Below, piece after piece: positions 8,038 to 16,695 of a DNA stretch of 42,051 nucleotides. Positions within the stretch are counted from its first letter, which is position 1. The number at the start of each line of letters is the position of its first letter. The notes beneath the pieces were generated by a model, which was not told the origin of the DNA, ran no database searches, and saw nothing but the letters and a program-made list of their open reading frames with translations. The stretch comes from a virus (lineage: Duplodnaviria > Caudoviricetes). Made by a program: the position numbers and the translations under genes. The stretch covers positions 1 through 42,051 of the IMG/VR virus record IMGVR_UViG_3300044723_004068; one strand, 5' to 3'.

Positions 8038-8933
8038 GATACACAGAATTTAAACAATTTGACGTTAAGTCTTTCCTAAGCGAAGGAACAGAATACAATT
8101 TATACTTGCAATTGAAAGAAAGCACTCCGCAACAATTACAAGAAGGTATTGCAGATAGTTTAAAAAAACTTCCTAAGAATTTATTAGGAAAGGTTACACC
8201 AATCCTTAAAAAAATACCAAAGACAGGTAAGAATCTTGTGTTAGTAGCAACACTACTTGGAACTATAGCTGGAGCAGTACAAGCAGGAGACATGGCAAAA
8301 GTAGATACTCCGCTTGATAAACTTAATAGTATGACAACAATGAGTGCAACAATGGACCCAGGTAATGATATAGGCCCTGGACACGCAATGCCTGACAATA
8401 TAAAGGTGTTAAAAATGCCAACACCTCCACCAGCACCAGGTGCTGATACTCCGGACGGCACAAACGACAATGGTGTTAACACACAAACAGATAAAAATGG
8501 TAACCGTACAGTGTCTAGTGGAGCAGGAACATATACTTTTTCATCAAGCGGTGACTTGTTAAAATACGAAACACCTAAAATGGGAGGTTTACAGCAAACA
8601 CACGATATTGCAAAGAAGACTGTAACAGTAGACTTTGGTACTACTATTAAAGGGGCTGGTATAGATCAAAAAGCAACTTATGATATGAGTGGTAAACTTA
8701 TAAGTGCAGATAATACCTCTATAAGTTCCGGAGATATGTCTGTTAGTATTGATAAGGATAAAGGAAAAACAGTAGATATTAAAACTTTGTCTGGTACGAA
8801 ACATAGCCTTAATGATAAAGATCCAAAAAAGTATGATAAACTTGCGGCTATGAAAAAAGATATGGATCAGTCTCAAGCTGATTTTAAGAAAGCAAATACT
8901 GCTACTCTTAAAAAAATGGGTATAAGCAGATAG
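8034..8933 (+). CDS. putative internal head protein with internal signal-peptide-like segment
   Basis: Leader MRYTEFKQ...FLSE|G, then LKE|S and LQE|G; later KKIPKTGKN-LVLVATLLGTIAG-AVQA. Confidence 0.65.
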   Translation: MRYTEFKQFDVKSFLSEGTEYNLYLQLKESTPQQLQEGIADSLKKLPKNLLGKVTPILKKIPKTGKNLVLVATLLGTIAGAVQAGDMAKVDTPLDKLNSMTTMSATMDPGNDIGPGHAMPDNIKVLKMPTPPPAPGADTPDGTNDNGVNTQTDKNGNRTVSSGAGTYTFSSSGDLLKYETPKMGGLQQTHDIAKKTVTVDFGTTIKGAGIDQKATYDMSGKLISADNTSISSGDMSVSIDKDKGKTVDIKTLSGTKHSLNDKDPKKYDKLAAMKKDMDQSQADFKKANTATLKKMGISR

Positions 8934-8941
8934 AAAAAAGG

Positions 8942-8947
8942 TAAATA
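8942..8947 (+). promoter_or_regulatory. late promoter core TAAATA, 5 nt upstream of ATG 8953
   Basis: ggTAAATActagcATG; same spacing as at 1454; no SD. Confidence 0.55.
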
Positions 8948-8952
8948 CTAGC

Positions 8953-9288
8953 ATGTTAATAAGAGAACTTTTTATAGAAGCAAAGAAAGAAATGTGCCCA
9001 AAAGCATGTTGCGGACAGCCTGTAACGGAATGTAAATGCGGTCCAGACTGTAAGCATTGTGACTGCTATGCTAAGAATAAAGCAATGAAAGAAACAGCAA
9101 CACAAGGTGGAACCTCTTCCTCAAATGTGTCTGTTGGCGCTATACACCCTAACGATGCTAAACGTGACAAAAACGGTGTTCCTAAAGCAAAACAAGCACT
9201 AAATAAAGATGGTACTGCAAAGAACGGATTAGACATGGGCGGTAGTGGTTTACTTAGCGGTGGCTCAATAGTTAAAAGAAAAAAATAG
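8953..9288 (+). CDS. small Cys-rich (metallothionein-like) putative internal head protein
   Basis: Leader MLIRELFIE|A; CPKACCGQPVTECKCGPDCKHCDC; MKE|TATQGGTSS. Confidence 0.7.
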   Translation: MLIRELFIEAKKEMCPKACCGQPVTECKCGPDCKHCDCYAKNKAMKETATQGGTSSSNVSVGAIHPNDAKRDKNGVPKAKQALNKDGTAKNGLDMGGSGLLSGGSIVKRKK

Positions 9289-9297
9289 GATAATACG

Positions 9298-9921
9298 ATG
9301 AGAGAAAAAGATTTAAAAGAAAACGGTCTAGCTGACATGGCATACAAGGTTGAAAGAGACCATGAAGTGCAAATGGCTAGAGGTGATCTATACAAAATTG
9401 CCAAGTACGGTATTAAACTACACGAAATGCTTAAAGGCGTAAGTGAAGAACAAGGACTTGAAGGTTGGGTACAAGCAAAGATTACTAAAGCCGCAGACTA
9501 CTTAGGTAGTGTATATCATCATCTAGACTATGAACAAAAATTTGACGAAGTTTCTGAATCTAAAAAATCTAACATTAAAGAAGAAGAAGCTACTATGACA
9601 GTTACTAATGCTGATAAGAATGCAAATTCAAAAGCATGGCAAGAGTATAAAAAAGGTAATCCAAAATACAAGTACGATAAAGATGCAGTTCCGGATAAAC
9701 CAAAAACAAAAACTACAGATTCAAAATCATATGCAGATTATTTGCAATCAAAATTAAACGAAGCAAAAAGTCTGTGTGCTGATTGCGGTAAGCCAAGTTA
9801 CACTACACTTGACGAAGAAAAGCAAAAAGGTGTTGACGGCAAAGTATGCTGGAAAGGCTACAAGCGTATGGGAACTAAGAAAAAAGGCGGCAAGACTGTA
9901 GACAACTGCGTTAAGATGTAG
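9298..9921 (+). CDS. modular putative internal head protein
   Basis: Leader MREKDLKE|N; DHEVQMA...LEGWVQAKITKAADYL module; CADCG; CWKGYKRMGTKKKGGKTVDNCVK module. Confidence 0.7.
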   Translation: MREKDLKENGLADMAYKVERDHEVQMARGDLYKIAKYGIKLHEMLKGVSEEQGLEGWVQAKITKAADYLGSVYHHLDYEQKFDEVSESKKSNIKEEEATMTVTNADKNANSKAWQEYKKGNPKYKYDKDAVPDKPKTKTTDSKSYADYLQSKLNEAKSLCADCGKPSYTTLDEEKQKGVDGKVCWKGYKRMGTKKKGGKTVDNCVKM

Positions 9922-9923
9922 TA

Positions 9924-10421
9924 ATGCAGAGCTTCGAATCATCCATAGATGATTGGATACAAAACTTTTTAAGTAAACCCTCTAAAACATTTAATAACTT
10001 ACCTCCATGTCCATATGCTAAAAAGGCTTGGTTAGACAATTCTGTTCTAACACATTGGCTTGACGGTTCATTTGAATTAGACGTGTGGATACGTGCAGAA
10101 ATAGAAAACTATACATATCATTGGCCTAAAGGCAAAGAAGTAGTTGTATTAGGGTTCGACTACGACCGTATAACTGCAAACAATTTAAGTAAAATTATCG
10201 ACGATACTAAACCTATGTTAGACAAACGTGGTTATGTTGCACTAGAAGACCATCCACTTGATCCTGAAGAAGTACAAGGTGTAAAACTAAATCATGGAAA
10301 ATATGGCTTAGTGCTTATACAAGAAAAAGAAAAGTTAAATACTGCAAGGGCATGGCTAGAAAAGAAAGACTATTATAAAAACTGGCCGCAAGATTATAAA
10401 ACAGAGGTACAAGAACGGTGA
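9924..10421 (+). CDS. DUF1415-like hypothetical protein
   Basis: W...LPPCPYAKKA and a DHP motif resemble DUF1415. Confidence 0.5.
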   Translation: MQSFESSIDDWIQNFLSKPSKTFNNLPPCPYAKKAWLDNSVLTHWLDGSFELDVWIRAEIENYTYHWPKGKEVVVLGFDYDRITANNLSKIIDDTKPMLDKRGYVALEDHPLDPEEVQGVKLNHGKYGLVLIQEKEKLNTARAWLEKKDYYKNWPQDYKTEVQER

Positions 10422-10849
10422 GTGATATATATGCTAGAATTGATCTATCGAAAACAAACTATAGAATGTCTAAATCGGCTGTACTGTTTGAGAACCCTCC
10501 AGTAGAACAATTACAAGAAATATACGATCATTACTGTAAGTACAAACAATTTGAAAGTGTAATGCCTTTGTTTAATGAAGACTTATGTGCACCACGTAGT
10601 GATATAATTGGATACTACAGTAATAAGAATCTAGTTGCATTTAGCTTTTATCATAACTTCAATAAGCACAATGTAGAAGCAATACAGTTTGCATGGAACT
10701 ACAAAAACCCCAAATTAGTACTAGGTTTAAAGAGTCTACGCCACGAATGTGCATATTACAAAGCCAAAGGTGTTAAGTACATATACGTTGGCTATGCAGA
10801 TGAATATAAGAAGCAAATTAACGGTTTTGAAATTTGTCCGCCAAGATAA
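10418..10849 (+). CDS. GNAT-fold protein resembling the C-terminal domain of Arg/Leu-tRNA-protein transferase (Ate/Bpt)
   Basis: GYY...LVAFS...FAWNY...LGLKSLRHECAYYKAKGVKYIYVGY parallels the Ate C-terminal pattern 'LG..S.L.EI.......Y.YLGY'. Confidence 0.55.
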   Translation: MSDIYARIDLSKTNYRMSKSAVLFENPPVEQLQEIYDHYCKYKQFESVMPLFNEDLCAPRSDIIGYYSNKNLVAFSFYHNFNKHNVEAIQFAWNYKNPKLVLGLKSLRHECAYYKAKGVKYIYVGYADEYKKQINGFEICPPR

Positions 10850-10863
10850 TGGCAAAATAACAC

Positions 10864-10892
10864 TTGACAACGTCCCTAAAATAATGTATAAT
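10864..10892 (+). promoter_or_regulatory. sigma70-type early/middle promoter
   Basis: TTGACA-17 nt-TATAAT, perfect consensus. Confidence 0.85.
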
Positions 10893-10917
10893 ATAGATTA
10901 AATTAAAGGAGAATCTT

Positions 10918-11181
10918 ATGAGTGATAGAGTATACGGTGGCGACGAGAAGGCTAAACTAGAACGTTTGGTTAACGAAGGCGCAACAGTGTTACGTGAAAT
11001 TGAAGATCTAAGCACAGGTCTTAAAGAAACAGTAAAAGCAGTAGCAGAAGAACTGGATATTAAACCAGCTCTTATTAACAAAGCAATTAAGGTTGCACAC
11101 AAAGGCGATTGGGAAAAAGTTGCTGATGAGTTTGACGATCTAGAAACACTTGTTGTTACAGTCGGCAAAGACAAGCCGTAA
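10918..11181 (+). CDS. dsbA: T4 DsbA-like double-stranded DNA-binding protein
   Basis: Helical pattern LERLVNE...LKETVKAVAEELDIKPALINKAIKVAHK...DDLETL matches T4 DsbA/GapR-like proteins; SD AAGGAG. Confidence 0.7.
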   Translation: MSDRVYGGDEKAKLERLVNEGATVLREIEDLSTGLKETVKAVAEELDIKPALINKAIKVAHKGDWEKVADEFDDLETLVVTVGKDKP

Positions 11182-11462
11182 TGCAAAAGGTAAAAGATTT
11201 TTGGATCAACAGTTACAAAAGTGACAAGATTGCTTTTGGATTTGAATTAATAAGTTTTGTATTTACAGTTATGGCAAGTTTAACCTTGGCATTTAATGCT
11301 GTAGATCCTAATATGCTTATTATCTATCCGTTCTTTTTTGTAGGATCGGTTACACAATGCTACGCGGCTGTACGCAGAGGCGCGGCATGGGTAATGTTAT
11401 TAACAGGCTACTTTGCTGTTATTAATGTATTTGGATATGGAGTTGCGGCACTATGGTGGTAA
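11181..11462 (+). CDS. small membrane protein
   Basis: Three hydrophobic segments in 93 aa. Confidence 0.65.
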   Translation: MQKVKDFWINSYKSDKIAFGFELISFVFTVMASLTLAFNAVDPNMLIIYPFFFVGSVTQCYAAVRRGAAWVMLLTGYFAVINVFGYGVAALWW

Positions 11463-11671
11463 AACCCTATCAACCATTAGCATGGTTTAGTACGGCATGT
11501 CTACTAGTTGCCGCTACAATGGCCGCTTTTAATTTATACCCTTATTACATTTACGCATTTATTGTTAGTAATGGACTTTGGGTATTAATAGGCCTTTTGT
11601 GGAAAGAAAAAAGTTTAGTAGTATTAAATGCAGGATTAACCGTAATTTATGTTGCGGGTTTGCTGTTTTAA
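11453..11671 (+). CDS. small membrane protein
   Basis: Three hydrophobic segments in 72 aa; layout similar to the upstream gene. Confidence 0.65.
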   Translation: MVVKPYQPLAWFSTACLLVAATMAAFNLYPYYIYAFIVSNGLWVLIGLLWKEKSLVVLNAGLTVIYVAGLLF

Positions 11672-11745
11672 TAAATAATAATAACGCCAAAGGCAATTGC
11701 CAGGCATGTAGAAGGTTAAGTTGGCCACAAGCAACGTAGGAAAAT

Positions 11746-12348
11746 ATGAAGTTAAGTTGTAGTACACTATACATCTCGCACCCCACTGCTATTCGGCATG
11801 GACCATTAGGGGCAAACAAACAATCTAGACAATCTATTGTTGAACATTTTCTTAAATTAAAAGATAAAAGTCAGCCTACTAACGAGTCTTGGAAGACTGG
11901 GCATGACATACATCTTGAACATGACATACTTAATCCTTTATTAGATCAAATACACTTATGGTATTGCAATAATATTGTAGGTCCAAGAGGTCCTAAATTT
12001 ATGCAAGATCAAGTTTGGCCTAACACTAAGTTTTTTGATATAGATGCTGAAGTTTGGTTTCAAGAGAGCTTGCCCGGACAAGGATGTCCACAGCATGAAC
12101 ACGGTACACTAAGCCGTTACAGTTGGGTTTACTATTTAGATGTAGGCGAAAGTAACAATCCACTTACATTTGTTGAAATGAAAGAAACAAAAAACGAAGT
12201 ATTTCCGGTTGACGAAATACATCTTCCTGTGTATAATGATATGATAGTAATGTTTCCAAGTATTATACATCATAAAGTATATCCTGTAAACACAACAAGA
12301 TATGTTTTAGCAGGTAACATTAACGACATTACGCAAAAGGAGAATTAA
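11746..12348 (+). CDS. putative 2OG-Fe(II) oxygenase (TIGR02466-like)
   Basis: W...HEH...SWVYYL...MFPSIIHHKV...RYVLAGN. Confidence 0.75.
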   Translation: MKLSCSTLYISHPTAIRHGPLGANKQSRQSIVEHFLKLKDKSQPTNESWKTGHDIHLEHDILNPLLDQIHLWYCNNIVGPRGPKFMQDQVWPNTKFFDIDAEVWFQESLPGQGCPQHEHGTLSRYSWVYYLDVGESNNPLTFVEMKETKNEVFPVDEIHLPVYNDMIVMFPSIIHHKVYPVNTTRYVLAGNINDITQKEN

Positions 12349-15021
12349 TTGAGTTACGTAGACGCATTATTTGATAGAGACAGTGACATTGTACGTGTTG
12401 TAGAACGTAAAGACGGCAAAAGAAAGTTTACTGAGTATCCGATCAAATATACATTTTATTACGAAGATCCAAAAGGTAAATTTAAAAGCATCTACGGCGA
12501 TCCTATTAGTAGAATTGTGTGTAAGAACACAAAAGAGTTTCGTAAAGAACTTGCTATTAATAAAGGCAAGAAGATGTTCGAAAGCGACATCAATCCTATC
12601 TTCCAGTGCTTGAGTGAAAACTATCTCAATCAGGACGCACCTAAACTAAACATTGCATTTTTTGATATTGAGACTGACTTCGATCCAGAACGTGGCTTTG
12701 CTGATCCAGCTGATCCGTTTATGCCGATTACAAGTATTAGTGTATACTTGCAGTGGATGGAAACTATGATATGTTTAGCAGTTCCACCCAAGACACTTAC
12801 CATGGAACAAGCAAAAGCAGAATTAAAAGGTATTGACAATGTAATGTTGTTTGAAAAAGAAAGTGAAATGATTGATACTTTCTTAACATTAATTGAAGAT
12901 GCTGATATTTTATCAGGTTGGAACAGTGAAGGTTATGATATTCCGTATACTGTAAACAGAACTAGTCGTGTACTAAGCAAAGACGACACAAGACGTTTTT
13001 GTTTGTGGGGACAACTTCCTAAAAAACGTGAATATGAAAAGTATGGTAAATCAGCTGTAACCTTTGACCTAATAGGTAGAGTACATTTGGATAGTTTAGA
13101 ACTTTATCGTAAATATACATATGAAGAAAGACACACATATAGACTTGATGCCATTGGCGAAATTGAAGTTGGAGAAAACAAAGTTCCTTATGAAGGCACT
13201 TTGGATCAACTGTACAACAATGACTTTAGAAAGTTCATTGAATACAACATTCAAGATACCGCACTACTGGACAAGCTGGACAAAAAACTAAGATTTATTG
13301 ATCTCAGTAACGAACTAGCTCATGCAAATACTGTTTTGCTACAGACCACTATGGGTGCAGTAGCAGTTACAGAACAAGCGATTGTTAATGAAGCACATAG
13401 ACGTGGTATGCAAGTACCTAATCGTCCGCACCGTGATGAAGAAAACACACAAGCGGCAGGTGCTTATGTTGCGTTTCCGAAAAAAGGTTTGCACAAGTGG
13501 ATTGCTAGTATGGACTTGAACAGTCTGTATCCTAGTGTTATTCGTGCATTGAATATGGATCCAGCAACAGTTGTTGGACAACTACGTCCAGACATTTCAG
13601 ATGCTCGTGTACGAGAAGACATGGGCCTTAAGAAAAAATCCTTTGCAGGTAGTTGGGAAGGACGTTTTTCAACAGAAGAATATGAAGCAGTTATGGAACA
13701 AAAACGTGATACTGCACTAACTGTGGATTGGGAAAACGGACAAAGTGATGTACTATCTGGTGCAGAGATATACAAACTTATATTTGACAGTAATCAACCT
13801 TGGATGCTTAGTGCAAACGGTACTATCTTTACAACAGAACACGAAGGTGTTATCCCTGGACTACTTAAACGTTGGTACAGTGAACGTAAAGAACTACAAG
13901 CGATGTTAAAGAAGGCTAAAGATGCCGGCAATGCTACAGAAATTGAGTATTGGGACAAGAGACAACTTGTTAAAAAGATTAACTTGAACAGTTTGTATGG
14001 TGCTATTCTTAATCCAGGTTGTAGATTCTTTGACAAACGTATAGGACAGTCAACTACACTATCAGGTCGTACTATTGTTAAACACATGAGTGCAGAAGCA
14101 AACAAAGTTATTACAGGTACATATGATCACGTAGGTGATGCAGTTATATATGGTGATACAGACTCTGTTTACTTTAGTGCTTACCCAACTCTTAAAGAAG
14201 GTATTGACAAAGGCGAAATTCCGTGGAGTACAGAGAACGCTATTAAACTATATGATCAAGTAAGTGAAGCAGTTGACAGCACATTTATAAACTTTATGCT
14301 AGAAGCATTTCATTGTCCAAAGAGTCGTGCAGATGTTATTGCGGCAGGTAGAGAGATTGTTGCAAAAAGCGGATTGTATATTACTAAGAAACGTTATGCG
14401 GCATTAGTAATTGACAACGAAGGCTTTAGAACTGACGTAGAAGGCAAGCCGGGCAAAGTAAAAGCAATGGGCTTGGACTTGCGTAGATCAGATACTCCAG
14501 TATTCATGCAGGAGTTCTTAAGCGAACTATTGCTTATGGTACTTACTGATGTTGAAGAAAGAAAAGTACTAGATCGTATTACAGAATTTCGTAAGGAGTT
14601 TAAATTACGTCCTGGGTTTGAAAAAGGTGCACCTAAACGTGCAAACAAAATTGGACATTATCAACGTCTTGAGGAGAAGCAAGGTAAAGCAAACATGCCT
14701 GGACATGTAAGAGCAAGTATCAATTGGAATACACTGAAACGTATGAACGGTGACAAGTATTCGCAAGAGATTGTAGATGGTATGAAAGTTATTGTTTGCA
14801 AACTAAAACAGAATCCTTTGGGCTTTACAAGTGTTGCGTATCCAACGGATGAATTACGTATTCCAGATTGGTTTAAAGAACTGCCGTTTGATGGAGATGC
14901 AATGGAATCAACTATTATTGATAACAAACTAGATAACCTAATTGGTGTGCTTAACTATGATTTAGAAGACACTAAACAGAACAATACGTTCAATAGTTTG
15001 TTTGACTTTGGAGGTGAATAA
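12349..15021 (+). CDS. family B DNA polymerase (gp43-like) with 3'-5' exonuclease
   Basis: ExoI FDIETD, ExoII GWNSEGYD, ExoIII YNIQD; polymerase motifs DLNSLYPS, KINLNSLYG, YGDTDS, KKRY; TTG start after SD AAGGAG. Confidence 0.95.
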   Translation: MSYVDALFDRDSDIVRVVERKDGKRKFTEYPIKYTFYYEDPKGKFKSIYGDPISRIVCKNTKEFRKELAINKGKKMFESDINPIFQCLSENYLNQDAPKLNIAFFDIETDFDPERGFADPADPFMPITSISVYLQWMETMICLAVPPKTLTMEQAKAELKGIDNVMLFEKESEMIDTFLTLIEDADILSGWNSEGYDIPYTVNRTSRVLSKDDTRRFCLWGQLPKKREYEKYGKSAVTFDLIGRVHLDSLELYRKYTYEERHTYRLDAIGEIEVGENKVPYEGTLDQLYNNDFRKFIEYNIQDTALLDKLDKKLRFIDLSNELAHANTVLLQTTMGAVAVTEQAIVNEAHRRGMQVPNRPHRDEENTQAAGAYVAFPKKGLHKWIASMDLNSLYPSVIRALNMDPATVVGQLRPDISDARVREDMGLKKKSFAGSWEGRFSTEEYEAVMEQKRDTALTVDWENGQSDVLSGAEIYKLIFDSNQPWMLSANGTIFTTEHEGVIPGLLKRWYSERKELQAMLKKAKDAGNATEIEYWDKRQLVKKINLNSLYGAILNPGCRFFDKRIGQSTTLSGRTIVKHMSAEANKVITGTYDHVGDAVIYGDTDSVYFSAYPTLKEGIDKGEIPWSTENAIKLYDQVSEAVDSTFINFMLEAFHCPKSRADVIAAGREIVAKSGLYITKKRYAALVIDNEGFRTDVEGKPGKVKAMGLDLRRSDTPVFMQEFLSELLLMVLTDVEERKVLDRITEFRKEFKLRPGFEKGAPKRANKIGHYQRLEEKQGKANMPGHVRASINWNTLKRMNGDKYSQEIVDGMKVIVCKLKQNPLGFTSVAYPTDELRIPDWFKELPFDGDAMESTIIDNKLDNLIGVLNYDLEDTKQNNTFNSLFDFGGE

Positions 15022-15233
15022 TGCAACATACAATACAACAACTAATGGATAAGGTCAGTGCTATGCACGGTTTAGCCGTACAAGCACATAGAGAAAAATA
15101 CAAAAGTGCAGATAGAGAATATGATGTATTTAAAGTAACTATGTTGGTTGAACAAATACAGGCACTTGCAGGTGATATCTACAACGATAGAACACCTCAT
15201 CCTAAATTACAAAAGAAGAAGGAGACTGAATGA
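15021..15233 (+). CDS. hypothetical protein
   Basis: 70 aa, SD GGAGG, coupled to the polymerase stop. Confidence 0.6.
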   Translation: MQHTIQQLMDKVSAMHGLAVQAHREKYKSADREYDVFKVTMLVEQIQALAGDIYNDRTPHPKLQKKKETE

Positions 15234-15985
15234 AACTAACTTTAATTGGGTACGGGTTTGTCGGCAAGGCTGTATACGAAGTACTCAAAGACTACCACGA
15301 AATAACGATTGTTGATCCTGAATATAACGGTAATGTTATCGACAATGACAGCGACGGTTATATTGTTTGTGTACCAACACCAGCAACAATAACCGGAGCA
15401 TGTAATATGACTATTGTTGACACAGTAATCAAAGCATGCCCAAATGATAAACCTATTCTAATTAAAAGCACAATTAGTTTAGAAGGTTGGCGTAAGGATA
15501 TTCAGCCACAAGGTAAAGAAGTTACATTTAGTCCAGAATTTTTAACTGCCGCAAATGCAAATGAGGACTTTAAAAATCAAACTACAATGTTATTTGGTGG
15601 AGGTAATGTAGAGTTTTGGAATGATGTGTTTATATTAGCAAAAGGTTTCAATCCAATTTATGCAACAGTAGAAGAATTAATATTAACAAAATATTTACGT
15701 AATAGTTTTTTAGCAACTAAGGTTGCTTTCTTTAACGAAGTTTATGATTTGTGTGAATCTGCAGGAATAGATTATAATCAAGTTAAAGCATTGGTAGGAG
15801 AGGACAAAAGGATTACACATAGTCATATGCAAATTCCTGGTCCGGACGGCGACAGAGGTTTTGGAGGAGCATGTTTTCCAAAAGATACAGAAGCATTACT
15901 ATATTCAGCAAATGTAGTTGGCGCCTGGTTACCAATATTATCAACGGCTGTAAAAAGCAATAAGAACATAAGGAAAGAAACATGA
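15230..15985 (+). CDS. UDP-glucose/GDP-mannose 6-dehydrogenase family protein (short form)
   Basis: GYGFVG Rossmann motif, CVPTP, IKST, SPEFL, KYLRNSFLATKVAFFNE, GFGGACFPKD. Confidence 0.9.
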   Translation: MKLTLIGYGFVGKAVYEVLKDYHEITIVDPEYNGNVIDNDSDGYIVCVPTPATITGACNMTIVDTVIKACPNDKPILIKSTISLEGWRKDIQPQGKEVTFSPEFLTAANANEDFKNQTTMLFGGGNVEFWNDVFILAKGFNPIYATVEELILTKYLRNSFLATKVAFFNEVYDLCESAGIDYNQVKALVGEDKRITHSHMQIPGPDGDRGFGGACFPKDTEALLYSANVVGAWLPILSTAVKSNKNIRKET

Positions 15986-16695
15986 AGATACTATTAACAG
16001 GGCATCTAGGTTTCATTGGATCACGACTATACGAAAAATTAGTTGTAGATGGACATGATGTCGTCGGTATAGATATTAAAGAAGGTACCGACATACTAAC
16101 AGCAGAATTACCTAAAGTAGATTTTGTTATTCACTTGGCAGGCATTGGAGGTGTAAGAGAAAGTCTTGCAGATCCTGCAAAATATTGGAATACTAATGTA
16201 GAAGGAACAAAGCGTATACTTGAATTTTATGACGATGTTCGAGTATTAGTAGCAGGATCAAGTTCGCAGTATGAACCACACTTGAATCCTTATGCCGCAA
16301 GTAAGAATGTAATTGAAAACATTCCACATCCTAATGCGTTGTTTATGAGATTCCATACAGTGTATAGTGAAAGTCCAAGAGCTAAAATGTTCTTTGATAA
16401 ATTACTTAATGGTACATTAGAATATACTACTAATCATCAAAGAGACTTTATACATTTAGAAGATCTTACAGATGGTATAATCTTATTAATGGACAAAGAC
16501 CTTACTGGAAATGTAGACATTGGTACAGGAGAATGTGTACGGATCCAAGATATAAGACCCGACTTGCCTGTAAAGTTAAATACTGTTGGCGAAAGAACAA
16601 AAACACAGGCAAATACACATTTGATGGATAAGTTAGGCTTCAGACCTAAATATACAGTAGATGGATTTTTAAAAGAACAAGGCTTTAAGAAATGA
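15982..16695 (+). CDS. NAD-dependent nucleotide-sugar epimerase/dehydratase
   Basis: TGHLGFIG, HLAG, SSS, YAASK, RDFIH. Confidence 0.9.
   Translation: MKILLTGHLGFIGSRLYEKLVVDGHDVVGIDIKEGTDILTAELPKVDFVIHLAGIGGVRESLADPAKYWNTNVEGTKRILEFYDDVRVLVAGSSSQYEPHLNPYAASKNVIENIPHPNALFMRFHTVYSESPRAKMFFDKLLNGTLEYTTNHQRDFIHLEDLTDGIILLMDKDLTGNVDIGTGECVRIQDIRPDLPVKLNTVGERTKTQANTHLMDKLGFRPKYTVDGFLKEQGFKK

Noticed and set aside
12349-15021. Intein or intron in the DNA polymerase
   Set aside because: Continuous 890-aa ORF with normally spaced motifs and no splicing or homing-endonuclease signature.
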